The notes under the pieces: generated by a model | What the model saw: the letters and a program-made list of their open reading frames with translations, nothing else | What the model was told of the DNA's origin: nothing | Databases searched by the model: none | Made by a program: the position numbers and the translations under genes | Shown here: piece by piece, positions 1-10,263 of the stretch | How the letters are laid out: each line of letters starts with the position of its first letter | Position numbering within the stretch: position 1 is the first letter of the stretch | Assembly (NCBI GenBank): GCA_949288175.1 | Contig: CASEIV010000003.1 | Location: forward strand, 24,043-88,042 | Length of the DNA stretch: 64,000 bases | Origin: an uncultured Eubacteriales bacterium | GTDB taxonomy: Bacteria; Bacillota; Clostridia; TANB77; CAG-508 | Reading direction: 5' to 3'

Positions 1-660
1 CCTAATCCCCTGACTGTTTTGATGATTTCTGGTTTGTTCGGGTCTTTTTCTATTTTTTCTCTAATTCTTTTGATATATACGGTTAAGGTATTGTCATTAA
101 CAAAGTTTTCTTCATTATCCCAGATATAGGATAATATTTGTTCTCTTGTTATGATTTTTCCTCTATTTTCAAATAACATAACTAAAATCTTGTATTCTAA
201 TGCTGTTAGTTCTACTTCTTGTTTATCTTTTAATACTTTTCCGTGTTGTATAATTAATTTCTACATGTTTGATTTTTATGGTTTCTTCTTTTTCTTTTTT
301 TACATTATGTCTTAATACATTTTTTATCCTAGATAATAGTTCTCCTGCGTGAAATGGTTTGGTGATATAATCATCTGCTCCTAAGTCAAATCCTTTTACA
401 ATATCTTTTTCTTCATCTAATGCTGTCAAAAATATGGTTGGAATCTCTTGTACAACTTTCATTTTTTTATATAAGTCATATCCTGTACCATCTGGTAAAT
501 TGATATCTAACAACATTAAGTCATAATTATTGTTTTTTATGTTTTCAATCCCTTCTTTTACGCTTTTTGCTGTATGAATAGCAAATCCTTCTGATTGCAA
601 ATAATAAGAAACCGTACTAGATATATTTTTATCATCTTCTACTAATAATATATTAATCAT
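1..660 (-). CDS. OmpR-family response regulator (receiver + winged-helix), cut at window edge. Reading frame is broken near 243 by an extra C before GGA; the receiver domain is ORF 223..660 and the wHTH lies in another frame at 1..246
   Basis: Receiver motifs LLVEDD, LMLLDINLPDGTGYDL and KPF are present. The reverse complement of 1..246 translates to QHGKVLKDKQEVELTALEYKILVMLFENRGKIITREQILSYIWDNE...IKTVRGLG, which is a typical OmpR wHTH. Deleting the C at plus position ~243 restores canonical IDx6Vx4Gx3LT spacing. Confidence 0.75.
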
Positions 661-677
661 AGTCTTATCCTCTTTTT

Positions 678-1400
678 CTATTCTTTTAATAAGTACTCTG
701 CATGTTTTTTTATCATTTTTAAGATAAAGATAACAGATGTATCAAGCAATTCTAGCATTTCTTTTTCACTATATATTTTGTATTCTGTACTCTCTCCTTC
801 TTCTAACACTTGAGCCTTTCCTGTATATCTATCACTTATATATTCTATCGTTTTTTCTATTTCTGATTTTTCTAATGCAATCCAATTAATATCTTTTAAG
901 TATTCTTCTATATCTTCTTGATATTCTGGCTTATCCACTAAATGATGATCATAAATATATTTCGAAAATATTTTAAAATCCTGTGTTTTTATTTGTCTTG
1001 CCTTCTCCTTACTACATAAAATTCTTTCTCTATCATTTAAAATTAATCCTATTCGATTTTTTTCTTCATCATAAATCCCACGCTCACCATATGTTTTATC
1101 ATTCCAAAAATAATCTGTTAATAGATGTGTATAATATCCTAACATTAATGGATTAGAAAATTTATATTTATATTTTTCTGCAAAATTTCTTAAATCATAT
1201 CTTTTTTCAATATGTTCTACCACTAAAATATCTGTTTCAAAATGTGTTCTTGCATGTGATACATGATGTTTTATTCCTTTTACAACATATTCATTTGGTA
1301 TATCTGGTAATATATTTCCAAATGTAAATATGTTTTTATCTATATTTATCTTTTCGCTTACTTTTTTTGCTGTTGCTAAATGAATAGCCCATGTTGGCAT
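678..1400 (-). CDS. hypothetical cytoplasmic protein, possibly a zinc-dependent phospholipase C-like family member
   Basis: 240 aa ORF with N-terminal W/H-containing motif (MPTWAIHLATAKKV). Family assignment is from memory and is weak. Confidence 0.3.
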   Translation of the reverse strand: MPTWAIHLATAKKVSEKINIDKNIFTFGNILPDIPNEYVVKGIKHHVSHARTHFETDILVVEHIEKRYDLRNFAEKYKYKFSNPLMLGYYTHLLTDYFWNDKTYGERGIYDEEKNRIGLILNDRERILCSKEKARQIKTQDFKIFSKYIYDHHLVDKPEYQEDIEEYLKDINWIALEKSEIEKTIEYISDRYTGKAQVLEEGESTEYKIYSEKEMLELLDTSVIFILKMIKKHAEYLLKE

Positions 1401-1563
1401 GTTAATTCCCCCTTTATTTCTTTTATATTATCTTTATTACAAAATATTGTCAAGAAAAAGAGAAGAAGAAAAAATAAGTTCTTTTTTATTTTTTCTATCA
1501 TATATTTAAATAAACTATTTTTAAGTATATTCTAGCAGTTATCTGCTACTTTGGAGGTTTTTT

Positions 1564-2994
1564 ATGATTTACAAATATATGAATAAAACAAATATTAAAC
1601 GTTTTTTTAGTGTCCTTCTTATACTTTGCATTTTCATTTCTTACTCTTCTTTTGTGTATGCTTCAGATGACTCTTTATATGTTTGGTCTAGCAGTAGTAA
1701 TACTTTAAATATTGTTAACAATACAAGCAACTCTACCAATACTACAAATGTTGCAAATTCAACTACAAATACTAATAGTTCTAATACTATCTCCGCAAAT
1801 ACTACTAATACTTCTAATAATGCAAATATAAATACAACCAGTAATACTTCTACAGATGTTTCTAATATAGAAGAGGATCCTTCTTTACTCACAAATGCGA
1901 CAAGTGAAGTAACAGATGATAATTCTTTAAATCTAGAGTCTGCATCTGCTATTTTAATTGAACAATCTTCTGGTAAAATTTTGTATGCTCATAATATTCA
2001 TGAGCAATTAAGACCTGCTTCTGTTACCAAAGTTATGAGTATCCTTTTAATTATGGAAGCATTAGATTCCGAAAAAATATCTTTAACAGATTCTGTTCCT
2101 TGCAGTGAAAATGCAGCTTCTATGGGTGGTTCTCAAATATGGTTAGATACCACAGAAACATTAACGGTTGATGAGATGTTAAAAGCAATTTGTGTGAATT
2201 CTGCTAATGATTGTGTCGTTGCAATAGCTGAATATATTGCTGGTTCAGAAGAAGCATTTGTACAAATGATGAATGATAAAGCCTTTGAATTAGGTATGAG
2301 TGATACCACTTTTAAAAATTGTCATGGTTTAGATGAAGATGGTCATGTCACTTCTAGTTATGATATTGCCATTATGTCTAGAGAATTACTTACCAAATAT
2401 CCTGAAATTACAAATTATACAACGATTTGGATGGATACTTTGCGAGATGGCGAGACACAACTTTCTAATACTAATCGATTAATAAAAAACTATTCTGGTG
2501 CTACTGGTTTAAAAACTGGTTCTACTTCTCTTGCTCTATATAATTTATCTGCTAGCGCTACACGTGATGACTTGTCTTTGATTGCTGTTATTATGAAAGC
2601 TCCTTCTACAAAGGTTAGATTTTCAGAAGCTGAAAAATTATTAGATTATGGTTTTAATAATTTTTCTTATCAAAGTTTTGGGAAAGCTGGAGATTTAATC
2701 CAGACCGTTAGTATTGATAAGGGTGTGCAAGCAACCATTCCTGTTGTATTGGAAAATGATGCTGGTATTTTGTTAGCAAAAGGTAGTGAAAAAAATATAG
2801 AACAAACTGTGACTATTGATGAAAATATTTCTGCCCCTATATCTAGTGGGCAAAAAGTAGGTGAAATTTCTTTTTCTCTAGATGGCGAAGTTCTCGCAAC
2901 TGTTAATTTAGTTTCTCAAGTTGCTGTTGATAAGATGGATATTGCAACTATGAGTACAAAGGTATTTTCTACTTGGTTTAATTTATTACGATGA
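1564..2994 (+). CDS. D-alanyl-D-alanine carboxypeptidase (PBP5 / DacF-like) with an ~80 aa N/T/S-rich low-complexity region after the signal peptide
   Basis: SxxK (SVTK), SxN (SAN) and KTG motifs. Signal peptide present. A C-terminal PBP5_C-like domain is present. Confidence 0.85.
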   Translation: MIYKYMNKTNIKRFFSVLLILCIFISYSSFVYASDDSLYVWSSSSNTLNIVNNTSNSTNTTNVANSTTNTNSSNTISANTTNTSNNANINTTSNTSTDVSNIEEDPSLLTNATSEVTDDNSLNLESASAILIEQSSGKILYAHNIHEQLRPASVTKVMSILLIMEALDSEKISLTDSVPCSENAASMGGSQIWLDTTETLTVDEMLKAICVNSANDCVVAIAEYIAGSEEAFVQMMNDKAFELGMSDTTFKNCHGLDEDGHVTSSYDIAIMSRELLTKYPEITNYTTIWMDTLRDGETQLSNTNRLIKNYSGATGLKTGSTSLALYNLSASATRDDLSLIAVIMKAPSTKVRFSEAEKLLDYGFNNFSYQSFGKAGDLIQTVSIDKGVQATIPVVLENDAGILLAKGSEKNIEQTVTIDENISAPISSGQKVGEISFSLDGEVLATVNLVSQVAVDKMDIATMSTKVFSTWFNLLR

Positions 2995-3002
2995 ATTTTA
3001 GA

Positions 3003-3048
3003 GAACCCCCTTCTACATTCTACAGAATATAGAAGAGGGTTCCTGTTT
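3003..3048. terminator. bidirectional rho-independent terminator between the PBP5 gene (+) and the small ORF (-)
   Basis: gaacccccttct...agaagagggttc hairpin followed by a T-run. Confidence 0.6.
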
Positions 3049-3059
3049 TCCCATGTACA

Positions 3060-3323
3060 TCATCTCACCTTTCTAACATTTTCAATGTGAACACCATTTT
3101 TTTGTGTAAATCTCACTCGATAATGACGACTTGGCTTGTCTTTCATTGGTACAACCTGAATTAAAAGTTTTTCTCCTTCCAGATGTACTCGAACGGCTGG
3201 TCCATCAAGAAACAACGGCTTCTCGTCAAAGTAATCTTCAACGATTACTATTTCACCATCTTTTCCCCGACACCATGTATCGCTTTCCTCGATTTCCCTT
3301 GTTTTGAACCAACTATTACTCAT
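3060..3323 (-). CDS. small hypothetical protein (87 aa) in a GC-richer islet; uses CGG/CGA/CCG codons that native genes do not use
   Basis: Intact ORF. Local GC is clearly above the background. A hairpin atcgccaaaaaaggcgat lies upstream at ~3366-3386. Confidence 0.4.
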   Translation of the reverse strand: MSNSWFKTREIEESDTWCRGKDGEIVIVEDYFDEKPLFLDGPAVRVHLEGEKLLIQVVPMKDKPSRHYRVRFTQKNGVHIENVRKVR

Positions 3324-3547
3324 AAAAATTCCTCCTTCTCTCTTTTTGCTTAGCTCTATTGTAAAATCGCCAAAAAAGGCGATGGAGTTTTACCTTTAGG
3401 TAACTTTCCTAACTTCGCTTTATTTTATCATATTTACATAACATTGTAAAGTTTTTAAAACCTTTACTACATATATTTATAAGTAATATTTTAATTAAAC
3501 CTAGATTGTATTTTTCATGCATATATTAATTGTAATGGGGGAAAATT

Positions 3548-4333
3548 ATGAAATTAGTTATGATAAAAAAGAAATCCGTCTTTAGATTCTTTATATTTTT
3601 ATTTTGTATATCTATACTAAACTTTTTTGTTTTTTATCTTTTTTCTATAAAGTCAAATACACTATCTACCAGTGCTATCGACGAAAATACTTTTCAAAAT
3701 AAAGTCTCTAGTCTTATTAATCAAAAAGAAAAAATTGCCTATTTGACATTTGATGATGGTCCTACATTAAAATCCACAGCTAAAATTCTTGATATATTGT
3801 CTGAAGAAAATGTAAAAGCAACATTTTTTGTTGTTGGAAAACATGTTAAAGAACATCCTGAGCTTGTAAAACGTGCATATGACGAGGGGCACTATATTGC
3901 AAATCACAGTTATAGTCATAATAATGATAGACTATATACAAATTCTGATAGTTTTATTAATGAAATTCTATCTACCGATGTAGAAATTGGTAAAGCCATT
4001 GGTGTAGAAAATTATGCTTCTCATGTTTTTCGATTTCCAAATGGATATATGGCACCAAGCTATAAAGCTAAGAAACAAGAATATGCAAAACTATTTTCTG
4101 ATATAGATTATATTTATATAGATTGGAATGCTTTAAATAAAGATTCTGAGAAAAAATATAGTAATGTAGAATTATTAAAGAATTTAAAAGATTCTTCAAG
4201 AAATAAAGGTACTTTAGTCATTTTAATGCATGATACATCTGATATAAATGAAACACATCTTGTTTTAAAAGATTCTATTCATTATTTGAAAGAACAAGGC
4301 TATACATTTCAAAATTTTTATAATCTGAAATAA
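3548..4333 (+). CDS. polysaccharide deacetylase (NodB homology domain), membrane anchored
   Basis: TFDDGP and HSYSH motifs. N-terminal TM helix. Confidence 0.8.
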   Translation: MKLVMIKKKSVFRFFIFLFCISILNFFVFYLFSIKSNTLSTSAIDENTFQNKVSSLINQKEKIAYLTFDDGPTLKSTAKILDILSEENVKATFFVVGKHVKEHPELVKRAYDEGHYIANHSYSHNNDRLYTNSDSFINEILSTDVEIGKAIGVENYASHVFRFPNGYMAPSYKAKKQEYAKLFSDIDYIYIDWNALNKDSEKKYSNVELLKNLKDSSRNKGTLVILMHDTSDINETHLVLKDSIHYLKEQGYTFQNFYNLK

Positions 4334-4402
4334 TTTTGTAATTTTAAAATGAATAAAAGTGAGTTTTATTACTCACTTAATTATTCATGGGATTTACTTG
4401 GT

Positions 4403-4591
4403 TTAGAAAAATATAAAATAAATCGCACCAAGCTCCAAAATTAGTCCTAAAATAGGTTTTCTGTCATCTGTTGCATCTACAGGTTGCACTATTCTGTATG
4501 CAACAACTGATACTGCTATCATGGCAACAATCTTTAGAATACACTCTAAAATCCCCATATTTTCCCTTTCCGCAAAATTTGCTAAACTCAA
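4403..4591 (-). CDS. small hydrophobic protein (62 aa), hypothetical
   Basis: ORF with one or two TM helices and nothing else. Confidence 0.25.
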   Translation of the reverse strand: MSLANFAERENMGILECILKIVAMIAVSVVAYRIVQPVDATDDRKPILGLILELGAIYFIFF

Positions 4592-4720
4592 GGTTATCAG
4601 GTTACATTACTGCACATTATAGCACAAAGTAAAAATTTACACAAGTATCTGGAGCTTCTATATCTACAATCAAACAGACACCTCTTATAAAAGAAAATGT
4701 CTGTCAAATTTTTTATAAAA

Positions 4721-7381
4721 TTACTTCAAAGATTCCATCACCTTTGCTAACATATCTTTGTATTTTTCCAATTTTGCTTTTTCTTCATCAATTTTACTTT
4801 GTGGCGCTTTATTCATAAAACCTGGATTAGACAACATCTTTTCACATCTTGCTACTTCACCTTCTAGTCTTTTCTTCTCTTCTTGTAATCTCTTTCTTTC
4901 TTGTTCCATATCAACTAATCCTTCAAATGGCATATATAATTCCATTCCATCTTGCACAATGCTAATCGCATTATCTTTAATTCCTGTTTTATCTTTTTGA
5001 ATGGTTATATTACTTCCAAATCCTAATTTTAACAAGAATTCTTTTGCTTCCTCTATTTCTTTTTCATATTTTTCAGTTACAAAAACCAATTCTGCTTTTT
5101 TAGATGGATGTACATTCATATTTGCTCTTGTATTTCTAATTTCTGTGATAATAGATTTTAATCTTTCAACAAACTCTTCTTCATCTTTAAATGCATTCTC
5201 ATTTTTTGCATAAGGCCATTTTGATACCATTAATTCTTTGTCATTATATTGTACTAAATTTCTATAAATTTCTGTTGTTACAAATGGCATAAATGGATGT
5301 AATAACTTCATTGAAATACCAAATACATAATCTAATACATAGCAAACTTTTACTTTTTCCTTGTAATCCTCACTATATAGTCTTGGTTTTACCATTTCAA
5401 TATACCAATCACAGAATTCGTTCCAAATAAAGTTATATACTTTATCCAAAGCAACACCTAAATCATAATTTTCCATGTTATTGGTTACTTCTGTTATTAA
5501 TGTTTCTAGTTTATTGATAATCCATTTATCTTCTAAATGCAATAATTCTTTTTTGTATTTACCTGTTTCTTTGTCAAATACTTCTGTATGGAATGCAATA
5601 ATATCTTCATCTTTTACATCACTATTTCTAATAAATTTTGTTGCATTCCATATTTTATTTGCAAAGTTTGATGCTTGCTCTAATTTTTCTGGCATATATC
5701 GAATATCATTTCCCATTGTCGTTCCTGAAATGACTGCAAAACGTAAACTATCTGCTCCATATTCATCAATAATTTCAATTGGGTCTATACCATTTCCTAA
5801 TGTTTTAGACATTTTTCTTCCTTGACTATCACGAACCATTCCATGGATTAAAATATCTTTAAATGGTGCTTGACCAGTAAATTCTAATCCTTGTGACATC
5901 ATTCTAGATACCCAGAAAGTAATAATATCAAATCCTGTAACCAATACATTTGTTGGATAGAATGTTTTATAATCTTCTGTCTCCATGTTTGGCCAACCTA
6001 AAGTTGAGAATGGCCATAATGCAGAACTAAACCATGTATCTAATGTATCTTCATCTTGATGTAATTTTGTACTTCCGCATTTTTCACATTTTTCTGGCAT
6101 TGTTTTTGCAACATTGATATGTCCACATTTTTCACAATAATATGCTGGTATTTGATGTCCCCACCATAATTGTCTTGAAATACACCAATCTTGTATATTA
6201 TCTAGCCAATTAAAATATTGTTTTTCATATTTTTTAGGAATAAATCTAGCTTCATTATTTCTAACAGAATCTGCTGCTCTTTTTGCCAATTCTTTCATAG
6301 AAACAAACCATTGCTCAGATATTTTAGGTTCTATAGTTGTTTTACATCTTTCACATTTTGCAACATTATGGGTATAGTCTTCTGTTTTTACTAGTGCACC
6401 AATTTCTTCTAGTTTTTTTACAATTGCTTTTCTTGCCTCTAATAAATCCATTCCTTTGTATTCTGGAACCAAATCACCCATTTTATAATTTTCGTCAAAT
6501 ACTTCCACAATCTCTAGGTTATGTCTTAAACCTGCTTGATAGTCATTCATATCATGTGCTGGTGTAATTTTAACACATCCTGTTCCAAATTCTTTATCCA
6601 CAAAATCATCTGCAATAATTGGAATTTCTTTATTCATAATTGGTAACATGCATGTTTTTTCAACTAAATCTTTATATCTTTTATCTTCTGGATGGACTGC
6701 AACTGCTGTATCCCCTAACATAGTTTCAGGTCTTGTGGTTGCAACAATAATATATCTATCTTTTTCACCTGTTATTTGATAACGAATATGCCATAAATGA
6801 GAAGCTTCTTCTTTGTATTCTACTTCTGCATCTGATATAGATGTCTTACAACTTGGACAATAGTTTATCATTCTTTTTCCTTTATAGATTAACCCTTTGT
6901 TATATAAATCAACGAATTGCTCTAAAACAGCATCTGACAATCCTTCATCCATTGTAAAACGTTTTCTATCCCAATCACAAGAGCAACCTAATTTCTTTTG
7001 TTGCATTTCAATGGTCCCACCATAGATTCTTGTCCATTCCCATGCTTCTTCTAGGAATTTTTCTCTTCCTAATTCTTGTTTGGTTTTTCCTTCATTTCTT
7101 AATTTTTCAACTACTTTCATTTCTGTTGAAATAGCTGCATGGTCTGTTCCTGGAAGCCATAAGGTATTATATCCTTGCATTCTTTTAAAACGGATTAAAA
7201 TATCTTGTATTGTATCATCTAAAGCGTGCCCCATGTGTAATTTTCCAGTTACATTTGGAGGTGGCATCATAATACAATAACTTTCTTTGGTTTTATCCAT
7301 ACTTGGTTTAAAATACCCTTTTTCCTCCCATTCTTGATATAGTTTTTCTTCAAAGTCTTTTGGATTATACTTATCTTGCAT
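4721..7381 (-). CDS. valS: valyl-tRNA synthetase
   Basis: HIGH-type motif (PPPNVTGKLHMGHA), KMSKS (KMSKTLGN), a C-terminal coiled coil, 886 aa. Confidence 0.95.
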   Translation of the reverse strand: MQDKYNPKDFEEKLYQEWEEKGYFKPSMDKTKESYCIMMPPPNVTGKLHMGHALDDTIQDILIRFKRMQGYNTLWLPGTDHAAISTEMKVVEKLRNEGKTKQELGREKFLEEAWEWTRIYGGTIEMQQKKLGCSCDWDRKRFTMDEGLSDAVLEQFVDLYNKGLIYKGKRMINYCPSCKTSISDAEVEYKEEASHLWHIRYQITGEKDRYIIVATTRPETMLGDTAVAVHPEDKRYKDLVEKTCMLPIMNKEIPIIADDFVDKEFGTGCVKITPAHDMNDYQAGLRHNLEIVEVFDENYKMGDLVPEYKGMDLLEARKAIVKKLEEIGALVKTEDYTHNVAKCERCKTTIEPKISEQWFVSMKELAKRAADSVRNNEARFIPKKYEKQYFNWLDNIQDWCISRQLWWGHQIPAYYCEKCGHINVAKTMPEKCEKCGSTKLHQDEDTLDTWFSSALWPFSTLGWPNMETEDYKTFYPTNVLVTGFDIITFWVSRMMSQGLEFTGQAPFKDILIHGMVRDSQGRKMSKTLGNGIDPIEIIDEYGADSLRFAVISGTTMGNDIRYMPEKLEQASNFANKIWNATKFIRNSDVKDEDIIAFHTEVFDKETGKYKKELLHLEDKWIINKLETLITEVTNNMENYDLGVALDKVYNFIWNEFCDWYIEMVKPRLYSEDYKEKVKVCYVLDYVFGISMKLLHPFMPFVTTEIYRNLVQYNDKELMVSKWPYAKNENAFKDEEEFVERLKSIITEIRNTRANMNVHPSKKAELVFVTEKYEKEIEEAKEFLLKLGFGSNITIQKDKTGIKDNAISIVQDGMELYMPFEGLVDMEQERKRLQEEKKRLEGEVARCEKMLSNPGFMNKAPQSKIDEEKAKLEKYKDMLAKVMESLK

Positions 7382-7439
7382 ATTTATCTTCCTCCCTTTC
7401 TTTTATTTTATTTAATAATATTTGTTTATTTTCATCTAA

Positions 7440-7725
7440 AAGTATCAAAAATACCCTTATGCATAAAGCATAAGGGCGAATGATATTCACGGTACCACCT
7501 TATTTATATAATAATTTGCTTGTATATTTGTGTTTTCTCCGAAAATCTATTGTTTTATAATGCAAATATTTATATATCTCTTTAGCCTATAACGTTGCTT
7601 AAACGGACATTCTTACTATTATTTCAGAATATCAACAAAAAAGCTACCTTCCATTTATCATGATTTAAGAAGCTCCCAGCCAACGACTTCTATTCTCTAA
7701 AAATCTGTGTAAATGTACTCCTCTT
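7440..7725 (-). promoter_or_regulatory. T-box riboswitch leader of valS, with an upstream extended -10 promoter and a terminator hairpin
   Basis: Minus-strand AAATAAGGTGGTACCGTG T-box sequence (plus ggtaccacc at 7491-7499). Terminator cccttatgc/gcataaggg followed by a T-run at 7455-7477. Stem I region AGAGAATAGAAGTCGTTGG contains GUC/GUU valine codons. Promoter TTGTAA ... TGTCATAAT at ~7730-7765. Confidence 0.7.
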
Positions 7726-7820
7726 TTTTATCGTCTTTTTCTTTTATGTTAATATTATGACACATTTTTATAATTTTTACAAGTGTTTCTTTTAAATTTA
7801 TAAAATTTATAAAATAAAGG

Positions 7821-8047
7821 TTATAGTTCAGACTTTTCCATTAAGAGGAACGATATGGTAGATTTTTAAACGTTCGAATGCAACCAAAGTCGTTTTAGAA
7901 ATTCTTATATCTAAGTCGTAAAAGGTCCTGTTTCCGGGTATCGTTACGATTTAGATATTAGAATTTCTTAAACGGGAATCGGCGGGTAGCCGAGAACTTT
8001 AAAAATCTACCATATCGTTCCTCTTAATGGGAAAGTCTGAACTGTAA
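7821..8047. repeat. 227-bp hairpin element: ~50-bp near-perfect inverted-repeat arms (2 mismatches) around a 127-bp core; MITE-like or structured ncRNA
   Basis: Left arm 7821-7870 (ttatagttcagacttttccattaagaggaacgatatggtagatttttaaa) is the reverse complement of right arm 7998-8047. It lies between the adh 3' end and the valS promoter. Confidence 0.65.
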
Positions 8048-8071
8048 CAAATAATAGGGCTGAAAAATCGT

Positions 8072-9235
8072 TTATTGTGCTGCTCTTCTATATAATTCTA
8101 TGAAATCTTCCTTAGTAACTTCTCTTGGATTTCCTGGTTTACATGGGTCATTCATTGCTTTTTCAGCAAGCATTTCAAAATCTTCTTCTTTTGCTCCATA
8201 ATCTGTAATTTTTGTATCAATTCCTACTGTTTTGCTTAATTCTGAAATCATCCATACAAATGTATTAATCACATCTTGGTCATTTAAGTGTTCTGCATCT
8301 AGTCTTCCAATATTCATTAAGATTTCTCTAAATCTTTGAGCTGTTGCAGGGTCTTCTCCATTAAATCTCATAACTGTTGGCAATAACATCGCATTAGCAA
8401 TTCCATGTGGTGTATCATATACAGCACCTAATTGGTGTGCCATTGAATGAACAATTCCAAGTCCTACATTTGAGAATCCCATTCCAGCAATATATTGTGC
8501 CATTCCCATCATTTCAATTGCTTCTTCATTTTTCTCATTAACAGCTGATGGTAAATATTTAAATATCATTTGAATAGCCTTCATATGAAACATATCTGAC
8601 ATTTCATTATGTGCTTTTGTAATATATCCTTCTACTGCATGTGTTAATGCATCCATTCCTGTTGCTGCTGCTAAACTTTTTGGCATTGATCCCATTAATT
8701 CTGAATCAATAATTGCTAAAATTGGAATATCATTAGGGTCTACACATACCATTTTTACTTCTGCATCTTCATCTGTAATAACATAATTTATAGTTACTTC
8801 TGCCGCTGTTCCTGCTGTTGTTGGTAAAGCAATGATAGGCATTCCTTTATTGGCTGTATCAGATGCTCCATTTAAAGATTTGATATCTGCTCTATCTGGG
8901 TTTGTCATAACAATGGAAATTCCTTTTGCTGTATCAATACTTGAACCTCCACCTACTGCTACAATTAAATCTGCTCCTGAATTTTTACATGCTTCAACTC
9001 CATCTGTTACATTTTTAATTGTTGGATTTGGTTTAATCTCATCATATAAGTCATAAGGAACATTTGCTTTATTTATTACTTCCTCAACTTTAGCTGTTAC
9101 TCCAGCTTCTACTAAAGATTTATCACTTACTAAAAATACTTTTTTAAATCCTCTTTTTTGAATTTCTCCTGCAAGTTCTTCTCTTGCTCCTTTTCCAAAA
9201 TATGATGTTTCATTTAAAACAAATTTTACTGACAT
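8072..9235 (-). CDS. iron-containing alcohol dehydrogenase (FucO / 1,3-propanediol / butanol dehydrogenase family)
   Basis: GGGSxxD motif (AVGGGSSIDTAKG), His-rich metal site, 387 aa. Confidence 0.9.
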   Translation of the reverse strand: MSVKFVLNETSYFGKGAREELAGEIQKRGFKKVFLVSDKSLVEAGVTAKVEEVINKANVPYDLYDEIKPNPTIKNVTDGVEACKNSGADLIVAVGGGSSIDTAKGISIVMTNPDRADIKSLNGASDTANKGMPIIALPTTAGTAAEVTINYVITDEDAEVKMVCVDPNDIPILAIIDSELMGSMPKSLAAATGMDALTHAVEGYITKAHNEMSDMFHMKAIQMIFKYLPSAVNEKNEEAIEMMGMAQYIAGMGFSNVGLGIVHSMAHQLGAVYDTPHGIANAMLLPTVMRFNGEDPATAQRFREILMNIGRLDAEHLNDQDVINTFVWMISELSKTVGIDTKITDYGAKEEDFEMLAEKAMNDPCKPGNPREVTKEDFIELYRRAAQ

Positions 9236-9383
9236 TTTCTAATTCCTCCTTAATATATTTTTTATTTAAAAATTTATATTTTGCCATATAGATAAATTAT
9301 CTTGATGTTGCAATTGTTAAAACAATAGCAGGCTTTTTTACATTTGCTCTGCTTATAACAATTGCTTTTTCTATATAACAAAG

Positions 9384-10076
9384 TTACCCCTCTTGAAAAT
9401 CTGATGGTATTTCAAATACTCCATCATCAACATTATAAGATACATTTACACTGATGAGTTCAGATTTATCTCCCATGATTGTTCGAATATACTTCAAGTC
9501 ATCACCATCAAAATAAAATTTAGTATTGGTATCTTCTTCTGAAACGCCTTCATCTGTATTCATTAAAAAGTCTGATACTCCTTTATATTCTTCATAACGA
9601 TAGTTTTTACCATTTATTTCTTCTTGCCCTTTTTCAGGTTCTTGACTTTGAATAATTTCATTTAATTGATTTGATATTTCTCCAAGTCCGGTTACATTAT
9701 TTTGATAGGTATAATATCTCTTTGTGTTATACATTAATAAATAGGTGTTTCCATCTTTAATAATATTTGTCGTGTGCTTTCCATCGCTATAAGTATCAAT
9801 ATTAGCGACATCACCTTTTCTTGATACTGTATATTTATTATTATCATCTAACTGAAATGTTATACCATATGTGTTATTTCGCGTCATTTTTCCGTACATA
9901 TTTGCTAATCTATTTTCACTTGTATTTTCTTCTACACTTCTTGTTGCTGTATATACAATAAGCAATACAATAATAATTGCTACAATTGCACAAACTGAGA
10001 TTATAAATATTTTTTGTTTCTTATCCAATTTTTCCGGCTTTTTCAAATTTTCCATATTTATATCAATCCTTTCCAC
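9384..10076 (-). CDS. membrane-anchored hypothetical protein
   Basis: N-terminal TM helix and an extracellular domain of unknown family. Confidence 0.4.
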   Translation of the reverse strand: MERIDINMENLKKPEKLDKKQKIFIISVCAIVAIIIVLLIVYTATRSVEENTSENRLANMYGKMTRNNTYGITFQLDDNNKYTVSRKGDVANIDTYSDGKHTTNIIKDGNTYLLMYNTKRYYTYQNNVTGLGEISNQLNEIIQSQEPEKGQEEINGKNYRYEEYKGVSDFLMNTDEGVSEEDTNTKFYFDGDDLKYIRTIMGDKSELISVNVSYNVDDGVFEIPSDFQEG

Positions 10077-10164
10077 AATATAACCAAATTATACCAATAA
10101 TATTTTGTTATCTCAATAAAAAGGATTAAAATGTAATATAAATGTAATAAAAAGAATACAGACC

Positions 10165-10201
10165 TCAAATAAAAAACTATATAGAAGTTATTTTATTTGA
10201 G
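10165..10201 (-). terminator. rho-independent terminator of pfk
   Basis: ctcaaataaaa...ttttatttgag 11-bp stem followed by a U-tract on the minus strand. Confidence 0.6.
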
Positions 10202-10230
10202 ATCTGTTCCTTTTTATATTTTGTAATTCA

Positions 10231-10259
10231 GGGAAAAATGAGTCCGTCCCCAAAATCCC
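10231..10259. repeat. GC-rich 29-nt element GGGAAAAATGAGTCCGTCCCCAAAATCCC; the same element is at 36048-36076 in inverted orientation
   Basis: The reverse complement of 36048-36076 is gggaaatttgagtccgtccccataatccc, 26 of 29 identical. Confidence 0.6.
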
Positions 10260-10263
10260 GATT

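Noticed and set aside
1641-1892. -strand 83 aa ORF inside the PBP5 gene
   Set aside because: It is antisense to the N/T/S-rich low-complexity region of a well-supported CDS.
4758-7280. Several +strand ORFs (4758..5000, 5001..5213, 5475..5825, 6337..6567, 7080..7280) inside valS
   Set aside because: They are antisense to a well-supported valS CDS, with low-complexity hydrophobic translations typical of AT-rich antisense frames.
7871-7995. tRNA-like signal (gttcgaat) inside the hairpin element
   Set aside because: No cloverleaf can be drawn: no acceptor stem/CCA context and no anticodon arm. It is a short chance match only.
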